Source: Acidimicrobiia bacterium (GTDB lineage Bacteria; Actinomycetota; Acidimicrobiia; IMCC26256; PALSA-555). From it: a stretch of DNA of 64,000 nucleotides. Of this stretch, positions 42,147-50,523 are shown piece after piece. The DNA is taken from the NCBI GenBank assembly GCA_009694295.1, contig SHVJ01000001.1, forward strand, positions 7,286-71,285. The letters are read 5' to 3'. Made by a program: the position numbers and the translations under genes. Under the pieces are notes generated by a model. That model saw only the letters and a list, made by a program, of their open reading frames with translations. It was not told the DNA's origin and did no database searches. The stretch's first letter is position 1, and each line of letters starts with the position of its first letter.

Positions 42147-43076
42147 ATGACCGAGAAGATGCGCCGGATCGGTGAGCTGGAGGTGTCGGTTGCCGGCCTC
42201 GGCTGCAACAACTTCGGCATGCGCATCGACGAAGACGCAAGCCAGGCCGTCGTCGACGCTGCGATCGACGCGGGCATCAACTTCTTCGACACCGCCGACC
42301 TCTACGGGGGTATGAAATCGGAGGAGTTCCTCGGTCGCTCCCTGGGTGCTCGCCGCGACGGCGTGGTGGTCGCGACCAAGTTCGGGATGCTCAAGCCGCC
42401 GGAGGAGAGTGGTCTCACGGGCGGCAGCCCCGAGTGGGTGGTGCAGGCCTGCGAAGACAGCCTGCGCCGTCTCGGCACCGATCGCATCGATCTCTATTGG
42501 CTGCACGCGCCCGACGCCGAGACTCCGATCGGCGACACCCTCGAGGCGCTCAATTCGTTGGTGCAGGCGGGCAAGGTGCGCGAGATCGGTTGCTCCAACT
42601 TCTCCGAGGCGCAGCTCGACGAAGCCGCAGCCGCAGCCGAGGAGCGCGGCGTGCGACCGTTTGCCACGGTGCAGAACGACTACAGCCTGCTCCAGCGTGA
42701 ACCGGAGAAGGAAGTGCTTCCTGCGTGTGCGCGGCTCGGTATCGCGTTCGTGCCGTACTTCCCACTCGCAAGCGGGCTACTCACTGGCAAGTACAAGCGG
42801 GGTGAGGCACCGCCTGAGGGCACACGATTGGCGCAATGGGGCGCGCCGTCGGACGAGCGCTTTGATGTCGTCGAGAGGCTCGAAGCGTTCGCCGAGTCAC
42901 ACGGCCACACGATCCACGAGCTCGCGCTCTCGTGGCTGGCAACAAAGTCCGCGGTGGCCAGCATTATCGCAGGCGCCACCAAACCCGAGCAGGTACGCAC
43001 CAACGTCGCTGCGACGACCGCGTGGGAACTCAGCGCCGAAGAACTCGCGGAGGTTGATCGACTGACTTCGACCTAG
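42147..43076 (+). CDS. Aldo/keto reductase
   Basis: GLGCNNFGMRID ... GINFFDTADLYGG ... IDLYWLHAPD. GAGGAG before ATG 42147. Confidence 0.9.
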   Translation: MTEKMRRIGELEVSVAGLGCNNFGMRIDEDASQAVVDAAIDAGINFFDTADLYGGMKSEEFLGRSLGARRDGVVVATKFGMLKPPEESGLTGGSPEWVVQACEDSLRRLGTDRIDLYWLHAPDAETPIGDTLEALNSLVQAGKVREIGCSNFSEAQLDEAAAAAEERGVRPFATVQNDYSLLQREPEKEVLPACARLGIAFVPYFPLASGLLTGKYKRGEAPPEGTRLAQWGAPSDERFDVVERLEAFAESHGHTIHELALSWLATKSAVASIIAGATKPEQVRTNVAATTAWELSAEELAEVDRLTST

Positions 43077-43882
43077 ACCGCTTTCCGATAGCGGGCGACG
43101 GCCATCGGAGCGAACACGGCCACGATGCCGACGCACCATGCGAGAGCGATGAGCACGTCAGAGCTCGTTGGCCCACCGATGGTGAGGTCGCGCACCGCCT
43201 CGACGACCACCGACACCGGTTGATGCTCGGCATACACCTGGAGCCAGTCGGGCATGGTGTGGAGCGGCACGAATGCCGTCGACGGGAAGACGAGCAGCGC
43301 CAAGATCGGGAACGACGCGGCTTGTGTCGTTTCAGCGTCTCGTACCGACAGGCCGATGATCGCGAACACCCACGACAACGAGTATGAGAACAGCACCACC
43401 ATGGCGATGCCGGCGATCACCGCAAGCGCTTCGGTGTGCGGTCGCCAACCGACCAGGTATCCGATCGCGCACATGAGCAGCACCACGAGGATGTTCCGGA
43501 CAAGGTCGGCCAGGGTGCGCCCGATGAGGACGGCCGAGCGCGCCATCGGAAGCGATCGGAAGCGCTCGACCAGACCCTTGTTCAAGTCGTCGGCCAAGCC
43601 GATCCCCGTGGTGAGCGAACCGAACACGACCGTCTGGATGAATACGCCCGGCATCAAGAAGTCGACGTATGGCACGCCGGAAACGCCGCCGATGGCTCCG
43701 CCGAACACGTAGCGGAACATCAAGACGAAGATCACTGGCTGGATCGTCGCCAGCACCAGTAGCTGTGGGTTGCGTCGGATGTTGACCAGGTTGCGCCACA
43801 TCATTGTGAGCGCGTCGGCAACGGGCCGCGGTCGGGCGTCACTCATGACGGGTACGGGCGATGTGGTGGCGGTGGTCGTCAT
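43073..43882 (-). CDS. ABC-2 type exporter permease (DrrB-like)
   Basis: 269 aa, about 6 TM. The start overlaps the ATPase stop as ATGA. Confidence 0.85.
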   Translation of the reverse strand: MTTTATTSPVPVMSDARPRPVADALTMMWRNLVNIRRNPQLLVLATIQPVIFVLMFRYVFGGAIGGVSGVPYVDFLMPGVFIQTVVFGSLTTGIGLADDLNKGLVERFRSLPMARSAVLIGRTLADLVRNILVVLLMCAIGYLVGWRPHTEALAVIAGIAMVVLFSYSLSWVFAIIGLSVRDAETTQAASFPILALLVFPSTAFVPLHTMPDWLQVYAEHQPVSVVVEAVRDLTIGGPTSSDVLIALAWCVGIVAVFAPMAVARYRKAV

Positions 43883-44877
43883 GCGGTCTTGTGCTTTCCA
43901 CGTCGGGCGAGGTCAGCTTCGGATACGTCGTCCTCGACAGGTGGCTCTTCGGCAGCGTGACCTGTCAGCGCGAGGAATACGTCGTCGAGCGTGGGCTCGC
44001 GTAACGCCATGCTCGTCGGCTCCAGGTGCGCCCCATCGATCACGCGAACGGTCTCGAGCATCGCCGGCGCGCCGTCACTCACGCTCACCTTCAGCCGCGA
44101 ACCGTCGCGCGCGACTGTACCGACGTGAGCCAGTCGTTCCGAGGCTGTGGTCGCTGCGGTCTCGTCACGGAACGCAACTTCGATGACGGTGCTACCGAAG
44201 CGCCCCTTCAGCGCCGCCGACGTTCCCTCGGCAATCACCGACCCATGGTCGATCACCACGATGTTGTTCGCGAGCTGGTCGGCTTCCTCCAAGTACTGCG
44301 TGGTGAGAAGCACAGTGGTGCCCTTGCCCACCAGCCGCTGGATCACCGTCCAGAGATCGGTTCGGCCCTTCGGATCAAGCCCGGTCGTCGGCTCATCGAG
44401 GAAAAGAACCGGTGGGCGATGCACGAGGGCCAGCGCGAGATCGAGCCGACGGCGCATCCCGCCGCTGAACGTGCGCACCAGTCGGTTGCCGGCGTGCGCG
44501 AGTGAGAACTGCTCAATGAGCTCGTCGCTCCGACTCTTGATGTCGCCGGTTGACATGTGTGTGAGGCGGCCGACCAGCCTGAGGTTCTCGTGCGCAGTGA
44601 GGTTCTCGTCGACGGCTGCGTTTTGTCCGGCGAGACCGATCGATGCACGAACACGGGCCGCGTCGTCGCGGACATCGCGACCCAACACTATTGCTCGACC
44701 CGAATCGGGGCGCAGCAGCGTCGTGAGGATGCGCACCGCCGTGGTCTTGCCCGCGCCGTTCGGCCCGAGGAGCCCGAGCACCTCTCCTTCGGGAACCGAG
44801 AACGACACATCCTTGAGCGCCTCGAGCACGCCATATCGCTTGACCAAGTGCTCAGCCACGATTGCGGGCTCGGCCAT
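43879..44877 (-). CDS. ABC exporter ATP-binding protein (DrrA-like)
   Basis: GPNGAGKTT, FSGGMRRR, VLFLDEPTTGLD. Confidence 0.9.
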   Translation of the reverse strand: MAEPAIVAEHLVKRYGVLEALKDVSFSVPEGEVLGLLGPNGAGKTTAVRILTTLLRPDSGRAIVLGRDVRDDAARVRASIGLAGQNAAVDENLTAHENLRLVGRLTHMSTGDIKSRSDELIEQFSLAHAGNRLVRTFSGGMRRRLDLALALVHRPPVLFLDEPTTGLDPKGRTDLWTVIQRLVGKGTTVLLTTQYLEEADQLANNIVVIDHGSVIAEGTSAALKGRFGSTVIEVAFRDETAATTASERLAHVGTVARDGSRLKVSVSDGAPAMLETVRVIDGAHLEPTSMALREPTLDDVFLALTGHAAEEPPVEDDVSEADLARRGKHKTA

Positions 44878-44884
44878 CCCGGCG

Positions 44885-44890
44885 ATGCTA
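44885..44890 (-). promoter_or_regulatory. -10-like TANNNT box (TAGCAT on minus strand), 7 nt before ATG 44877
   Basis: Minus strand reads TAGCAT-CGCCGGG-ATG. Confidence 0.45.
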
Positions 44891-44903
44891 TGACCACCTC
44901 AGG

Positions 44904-45773
44904 ATGACGAGCGGACTAGACCTCGACGGCCGGGTGGCGATCGTGACCGGCGCGGGGCGCGGTCTTGGGCGGGCGCACGCGCTCGCCCTCGCCGATGCCG
45001 GCGCCCGGGTGGTCGTGAACAACAGATCGCCCGAAGCAGCCGGCGCCGTCGCGGCCGAGATCCGCGCTGCTGGCGGCTCCTCGCTCGCTCACTCGGGCGA
45101 CGTTGCTGACTGGTCGGTCGCCGAGGCGCTCGTGGCGCAGGCCATCGCCGAGTTCGGCGACCTCCACATCCTCGTGAACAACGCAGGCATCACCCGCGAC
45201 CGTATGAGCTTCAACATGACCGAGGACGAGTGGGACGACGTCGTGCGCGTCAACCTGAAGGGGCACTTCGCCCCCAGCCGGTTCGCTGGCACGTACTGGC
45301 GCGAGCAGGGCACCGCACCGGGGCGCCGCATCGTGAACACCGTGAGTGAAGGAGGGTTGTTCCCTGCGCGGGGCCACGCCAACTACTCGGCGGCCAAGGC
45401 GGGGATCCTCGGCATCACGCTGGAGCTTGCCTCCGAGCTCGCCAAGTACGGAGCGACCGTGAACGCGATCGCCATGCGCGCCCGCACGCGCATGACCGAG
45501 GCGATGGGGTTCGACGCGCCCGAGTCGGGCCTCGACCGGTACGACCCGGCCCACACCTCCAAGGCGGTGACATGGTTGTGCAGCGACGACGCCGCTGACG
45601 TGACCGGCCAGGTGCTGCTGGTGGTGGGAAGCCGGGTCAGCGTGATCGGCCCGCTGGCGGTGAGCAACCGTGTCGAGCTGTCGGACGAGTGGACCGCGGC
45701 CGATCTTGGCGCCGCTAAGTCCACTCTCTTCCCCTCAGGTGGCGCCAACGTCATCCCCTCGCCGCCCGGCTGA
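44904..45773 (+). CDS. SDR-family oxidoreductase
   Basis: LDGRVAIVTGAGRGLGRAHA, NNAG, YSAAKAGI. Confidence 0.85.
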   Translation: MTSGLDLDGRVAIVTGAGRGLGRAHALALADAGARVVVNNRSPEAAGAVAAEIRAAGGSSLAHSGDVADWSVAEALVAQAIAEFGDLHILVNNAGITRDRMSFNMTEDEWDDVVRVNLKGHFAPSRFAGTYWREQGTAPGRRIVNTVSEGGLFPARGHANYSAAKAGILGITLELASELAKYGATVNAIAMRARTRMTEAMGFDAPESGLDRYDPAHTSKAVTWLCSDDAADVTGQVLLVVGSRVSVIGPLAVSNRVELSDEWTAADLGAAKSTLFPSGGANVIPSPPG

Positions 45774-45807
45774 GCCATCCACCGCCAGGAGGATCGCCGT
45801 CGATACG

Positions 45808-46473
45808 TTGGACCTCGTGGCCGAACCGGAGATCCATCTGTCGAAGAAGTTCTTCCGAGCAACGGACTGGGCCGCCACGCGCCATGCCGAACGCGCCCCT
45901 GATCCCGCGCGCGCCGCGCCGTCGCTCGGACAGGTGCTAGGCATCGCCTCGCTGCTCCTCGATGACGGCGCGAACGAACGCGAAGCCATCGCCGCGGTGT
46001 TGCTCGACGCGGTCGGCGATGCGGAAGTGCCGATCGACGAGTTTCGCGAACGCTTCGGCAAGAAGGTCGCGAAGTTGGTGGCCGTCGCCGCTGACGCGCG
46101 CACCGACGCTGGTCGCGGCGACCGACGCCTCGACGCCAACACCTGGCGCGAGCGCCGCATCCGCTCACTCGCGTCGCTCCAAAGAGAGGACGACACCGGC
46201 CTCGTGCGCGTTCGCGCCGCCGACGCGCTACGCGACCTGCGGGCATTCCAGACCGAGCTGCGCCGCCACGGCAGCATCGCCTTCGCCCGGTTCCCGACTC
46301 CGCCCGCCGAGCAGCTCGATCATTACCGCACCCTCGTCGCGGCCTACGCCGAGCTCATCCCCCGCAGCCGAATCGACACCGCCCTCCAGAGCGCCCTCAA
46401 TGAGATGGAGCGACTCGTCGAGCTCGACACCGCAACCGCCGCCTGGCGCGTCGCCCACGTCGACGCCGCGTAA
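45808..46473 (+). CDS. HD-domain-like protein (RelA/SpoT-hydrolase-type fold) with apparently degenerate catalytic residues
   Basis: The layout ...AAVLLDAVGDAEVPIDEFRERFGKKVAKLV... matches the LLHDvvEDt...FG..V..LV pattern but has LD in place of HD. TTG 45808 is preceded by GGAGGA. Confidence 0.5.
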   Translation: MDLVAEPEIHLSKKFFRATDWAATRHAERAPDPARAAPSLGQVLGIASLLLDDGANEREAIAAVLLDAVGDAEVPIDEFRERFGKKVAKLVAVAADARTDAGRGDRRLDANTWRERRIRSLASLQREDDTGLVRVRAADALRDLRAFQTELRRHGSIAFARFPTPPAEQLDHYRTLVAAYAELIPRSRIDTALQSALNEMERLVELDTATAAWRVAHVDAA

Positions 46474-46495
46474 ACACTCTGCCGCTCCGGCGTCG

Positions 46496-46501
46496 TACGC
46501 T
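46496..46501 (+). promoter_or_regulatory. -10-like TANNNT box (TACGCT), 8 nt before ATG 46510
   Basis: TACGCT-GGGAGCCC-ATG. Confidence 0.4.
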
Positions 46502-46509
46502 GGGAGCCC

Positions 46510-47688
46510 ATGGACCTCGACTTCGCGGCGTTTGACGCGGACAACCACTATTACGAGGCCCTAGACGCGTTCACTCGTCATCTCGACCCGAAGTTGGGCT
46601 GGCGCTGCGTGCAATGGGCGGAGATCGACGGGCGTCGGTACCACGTCGTCGGCGGCCAGGTGAGCCGAGCGGTCGTCAACCCCACCTTCGACCCGATCGC
46701 CAAGGCCGGCGCGATGCACGACTACTTCCGCGGCAACCCCGACCTCAAGAGCCCGCTCGAGTTCCTGCGCGACCGCGAGCCGATCCGACCCGAATACCGC
46801 GACCGCGACGCGCGCCTCACCACGATGGACGAGCAGGGCATCGAGAAGATCTGGCTGTTCCCGACGCTCGGCATTCTCTACGAGGAACTGCTCAAGCACG
46901 ACCCCGAGGCAGTCGCGATCACGTTCACCGCGTTCAACCGGTGGCTCGACGAAGACTGGGGCTGCAACTACCGCGACCGCATCTACGCCGCGCCATATGT
47001 GTCGCTGTGCGACGTCGATTGGGCGGTACGTGAGCTTGAATGGGCGATCGAGCGCGACGCGCGCGTCGTCGTCATGCGCCCCGCGGCGCCCACCACCGCA
47101 ACGGGTCAGCTCTCACCGGGCGATCCTGTGTTCGATCCGTTCTGGGCACGCGCCAACGAAGCCGGCATCACCGTCGTCGTACACGCGGGCGACAGCGGGT
47201 ACTCGAGCCAGGGCTACGCGAAGGACGGCTTCTCCGCCACGTTCGAGGGCGCGGGACGGCCGTCGATCAAGGTGCTCGCCATCGAACGCGCCGCATACGA
47301 CTTCCTGCTGTCGCTCTCGTTCGACAAGCTGTACGAGCGGTTCCCGAACCTGCGGGTCGCGTCGGTCGAGAACGGCTCGGAGTTCCTCCCCGACTTGTTC
47401 CGCAAGCTCAACTCGCAGACCCGCAAGATGCCCGGCTTCTTCGGCGACCACCCGGCCGAGTCGTTCCGACAGCACGTGTGGATCAACCCGTTCTGGGAAG
47501 ACGACGTATACGAGGTTGTCGATCTCATGGGCGCTGACCGCGTGATCTTCGGTTCCGACTGGCCGCACATCGAAGGCATGCCGAAGCCGCTCGACTACGT
47601 CACCGAGCTCAAGGAGCTCGACGACACCGCTCAGCGCCTGATCCTGCGCGACAACGCGCTGACGCTGAACGAACGCTCACCGGCGTAG
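46510..47688 (+). CDS. Amidohydrolase-2 family, paralogue 3
   Basis: AFDADNHYYEA N-terminus and FGSDWPHIEG near the C-terminus. Confidence 0.85.
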   Translation: MDLDFAAFDADNHYYEALDAFTRHLDPKLGWRCVQWAEIDGRRYHVVGGQVSRAVVNPTFDPIAKAGAMHDYFRGNPDLKSPLEFLRDREPIRPEYRDRDARLTTMDEQGIEKIWLFPTLGILYEELLKHDPEAVAITFTAFNRWLDEDWGCNYRDRIYAAPYVSLCDVDWAVRELEWAIERDARVVVMRPAAPTTATGQLSPGDPVFDPFWARANEAGITVVVHAGDSGYSSQGYAKDGFSATFEGAGRPSIKVLAIERAAYDFLLSLSFDKLYERFPNLRVASVENGSEFLPDLFRKLNSQTRKMPGFFGDHPAESFRQHVWINPFWEDDVYEVVDLMGADRVIFGSDWPHIEGMPKPLDYVTELKELDDTAQRLILRDNALTLNERSPA

Positions 47689-47690
47689 CC

Positions 47691-48359
47691 GTGGCCGGGG
47701 TCACGGACTGGGCCCGCACGGTGGGCAATACCGTTCGTTCATTCCCGCGTTCGCTCCCGTCGGGCACCCTGCCCTACCTGGCGCGCTCGATGCGCGAGCT
47801 CCGCAAGGTGCGAACGCCGGGCGACGCGGTCGCGGCGTTCGAGACCGAGACCGAGCGTCTGCTCGGGGTGATCATGCCGAAAATCGTGGAGCGACCGCTC
47901 CCGGTGCGGACCGTCGCGTCAGCGAAGGCGCTGGTCGCCGCCACCGGCGGCATGGCTGCGGCTGGTCAAGAGATCGAAGCGCTGGGCGTGCTCATCTCGG
48001 GTGGCTCCGCGTTACCGCCCGCTCTGCCGATCATGTTGGGCACACTCCTGCTCGCGCTCGCGACTGAGATGTCGGTCGCCGCGTCGCTGCGCGTGCACGA
48101 CCTGGAGGCCGCGGGCATCGAACCCGATGCGAACGCCGTCGCGCGCGACGTGATGATCGCGATGACGGGCGGCACCGACAGCGACCTGGGCACGGGGAGC
48201 GCCATCACCAAGAACCTGGTCAAAGCGATCGTGACGCGCGTGCTCTCCCGTTGGTCGAAGTCGCTGGTGCCCGTGGTGGGCATCCTGCACTCGAGCTGGG
48301 ACGCCCAACGCACGATCGACGCGATCCGAGCGAGGCCGTTACCCGAACCGAAGCTTTAG
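47691..48359 (+). CDS. Hypothetical protein (222 aa, hydrophobic central segment)
   Basis: The GTG start lies 2 nt after the upstream stop. Contains PPALPIMLGTLLLALATEMSVAA. No family recognised. Confidence 0.5.
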   Translation: MAGVTDWARTVGNTVRSFPRSLPSGTLPYLARSMRELRKVRTPGDAVAAFETETERLLGVIMPKIVERPLPVRTVASAKALVAATGGMAAAGQEIEALGVLISGGSALPPALPIMLGTLLLALATEMSVAASLRVHDLEAAGIEPDANAVARDVMIAMTGGTDSDLGTGSAITKNLVKAIVTRVLSRWSKSLVPVVGILHSSWDAQRTIDAIRARPLPEPKL

Positions 48360-49261
48360 GCGGTCGCGCGCTCCCTGGCTGTTGCGAGGGTGGGTGATTC
48401 ACCGATGGCCCACCGTGCGGTGCTCACGAACGCGCGCGTTGCGGGACGCACGCCAACCGGACCGGCGAACGGCGGGATCACGAGTCCGAGCTCGAGCTGC
48501 GCGGTGAGCGGGAGCAGCTCGATCGCAGCCGCGGCAACGAGGGTGTACACGGGCCGGACGCGCCACGGCATCGGCGGCACCATGAGCCAGCGAGCGGCGG
48601 CGCGCGCGTCGCTCGTGGCGTGCAGCTCGTACGACGCGAGCAGCGTGCGCAGCTCGGCGGCGGTCGTCGGCACGGGATCGGCACCGAACGCGCGCGCCAC
48701 GACCGCCATCTCGTTCACATACCGGTCGACGTCCTCATCGGCGAGCGGTGCGGAGCCGTACCGCCGGTACGCGGCAATGAAGCTGTCGATCTCGGTCGCG
48801 TGCACCCACGCGAGAAGGATCGGCTCGTTCGCCGAGTAGGCCCGGCCGTCAGGTGCGATCCCGCGCACGCGCTCATGGACCTTCTTGACGAGTGCCACGG
48901 CAGCCTCGGCCTCTTCGCTCGTACCGTACGTGGTCGCCGCGATGAACCGGCTCGTGCGATGCAAACGACCCCAAGGATCGTGGCGGTAGTCGGAGTGTTC
49001 GGCAACGCCGGCCATCGCCAAGGGATGCAGCGTCTGGTACAGGAGCGCGCGCAGCCCACCGATGAGCGACGAGATGTCGGCGTGCAATCGCCACGCCACC
49101 GACGCGGGACCGAACCACCCGGCATCACCCGTCGCATCGACGACCGGACCACGCGGGTTCCCCGCCACTCGGCCGCGCACAGCCTGGGCTACGACGTCGC
49201 GCACACGGTCGGATGCGGCGCCCACCACACCCAACGGATCGATCGGAAGCCTCAACTCCAT
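48356..49261 (-). CDS. MpaB/DUF2236-family oxygenase-like protein
   Basis: FGPASVAWRLHADISSLIGGLRALLYQTLHPLAMAGVAEHSDYRHDPWGRLHRTSRF. Confidence 0.75.
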   Translation of the reverse strand: MELRLPIDPLGVVGAASDRVRDVVAQAVRGRVAGNPRGPVVDATGDAGWFGPASVAWRLHADISSLIGGLRALLYQTLHPLAMAGVAEHSDYRHDPWGRLHRTSRFIAATTYGTSEEAEAAVALVKKVHERVRGIAPDGRAYSANEPILLAWVHATEIDSFIAAYRRYGSAPLADEDVDRYVNEMAVVARAFGADPVPTTAAELRTLLASYELHATSDARAAARWLMVPPMPWRVRPVYTLVAAAAIELLPLTAQLELGLVIPPFAGPVGVRPATRAFVSTARWAIGESPTLATARERATA

Positions 49262-49280
49262 CCCTCAATCATGACCGCCC

Positions 49281-49286
49281 TAGCCT
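49281..49286 (+). promoter_or_regulatory. -10-like TANNNT box (TAGCCT), 8 nt before ATG 49295
   Basis: TAGCCT-GTGCCCCC-ATG. Confidence 0.4.
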
Positions 49287-49294
49287 GTGCCCCC

Positions 49295-50439
49295 ATGCTG
49301 GGCGTTCGTTCACGTTCGATGATCGCACTCGCCACCATCACGATGAGCGGCACGATGAGCGGCACGATGAGCGGCACGATGAGCGGACACAGCAGTCCTC
49401 GGCGACGACAGCAAAGGCTGCGCCCAAGACCGCTTGCCCATCGACCCAGCCGTCAGCAGGAACCATCGTCCCTGGAGACACGGTGGGACTGGCCGTATCT
49501 GCTGGTCCAACGTTCAAGCCGACCGAAGAGGTCGATCACGACTTTGACCTCGTCGAGGCGACGGGCGCGCAATGGGTGCGCTTCGACATCGCGTGGTACC
49601 AGGTCCAGCCGACCGGTCCAAACGACTGGAAGTGGGACGCCGTCGACACCGCTGTCGATTCCGCGAACGATCATGGTCTCAACATGTTGTTCACCGTGGG
49701 GTACACCCCAGCGTGGGCAAGGGCATCCAGCGCAAGGAATCAGCACTTCCCGCCGACCCGCGCGCACCTTCCCGACTTCGCGACGTTCGTCGGTGCGCTC
49801 GCGGAACGGTACGCATCACAGGGTGTTCGGACATACGAGATCTGGAACGAACCGAATCTTCCTCAGTTCTGGAAGCCAACGCCCAAACCCGGCGCCTACA
49901 CCAGGTTGTTGAAGGTCGCTCACGGCGTAATCTCAGATGTGGATCCAAGCCTGATGGTGGTAAGTGGTGGCTTGGGACCGACCGAAGATCTCGACGAAAC
50001 CACCGCGACAGGGAGTCGCTACGGCGAGCGAGCGTTTCTCGAAAGGATGTACCGCGCGGGCGCCAAGCCGTACTTCGATGCCTTTGGACACCACCCGTAT
50101 GCCAATCCCAGCCCGCTCGACTCCAACCTTGCCTTCTGCCACACCGCGGCACTCCACGACGTGATGGTCGAGCACAGCGACGGAACGACACCCATCTGGG
50201 CTACCGAAGCCGGTGCGTATACGGGGGACCCAAACGCCGTCCCGGAACCCGATCAGGCCGAGAACATCCGCGAGATGGTGACCCTGTGGCAGCAATGGCC
50301 CTTCGCAACCGGTCCGTTCTTCGTGTACACGCTGACCGACCCGCCGTCTCCGGAATGGGCCTATGGGCTTCTGCGCGCGGACTACACCCCCAAGCTCGCG
50401 TACCAATGGCTGAGGGACACGATCGCCGACTCGCCTTGA
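49295..50439 (+). pseudogene. Clan GH-A (GH5-like) glycoside hydrolase; signal peptide and catalytic domain are in different frames (break at 49386/49387)
   Basis: From ATG 49295 the frame reads MLGVRSRSMIALATITMSGTMSGTMSGTMSG. The catalytic domain (TQQSSATTAKAAPK ... GAQWVRFDIAWYQVQP ... YEIWNEPN ...) is in the frame of ORF 49213..50439. One extra C after the last repeat unit would join them as ...MSGTQQSS... Confidence 0.55.
49339..49386. repeat. Perfect 12-bp x4 tandem repeat CACGATGAGCGG
   Basis: Units at 49339-49350, 49351-49362, 49363-49374 and 49375-49386. They encode (MSGT)n in the ATG 49295 frame and (HDER)n in the ORF 49213 frame. Confidence 0.95.
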
Positions 50440-50463
50440 CCGTGCACGTGCGCGCCGACACCC

Positions 50464-50508
50464 AGGGCTGGTTCACGTGGGGCTGGTTCACGTAGGGCTC
50501 GGGCACGT
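50464..50508. repeat. 15-bp x3 tandem repeat (AGGGCTGGTTCACGT / GGGGCTGGTTCACGT / AGGGCTCGGGCACGT)
   Basis: Units at 50464-50478, 50479-50493 and 50494-50508. Each ends in CACGT, and a further CACGTG lies at 50447-50452. Three nt separate the repeat from TACCCT. Confidence 0.9.
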
Positions 50509-50511
50509 CAG

Positions 50512-50517
50512 TACCCT
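50512..50517 (+). promoter_or_regulatory. -10-like TANNNT box (TACCCT), 6 nt before ATG 50524
   Basis: TACCCT-CTGCCG-ATG. Confidence 0.45.
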
Positions 50518-50523
50518 CTGCCG

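Noticed and set aside
49213-49390. ORF-track start ATG 49213 for the glycosidase, which reads the repeat as HDER x4.
   Set aside because: It overlaps the divergent MpaB-family gene by 49 nt, has no promoter or ribosome-binding signal, and gives no export signal. ATG 49295 has a TANNNT box and a signal-peptide-like reading. The frame-break interpretation remains unproven.
291-50508. Tandem repeats considered as CRISPR arrays.
   Set aside because: The units are directly adjacent with no spacers, are only 12-17 bp long with 2-5 copies, and no cas genes are present.
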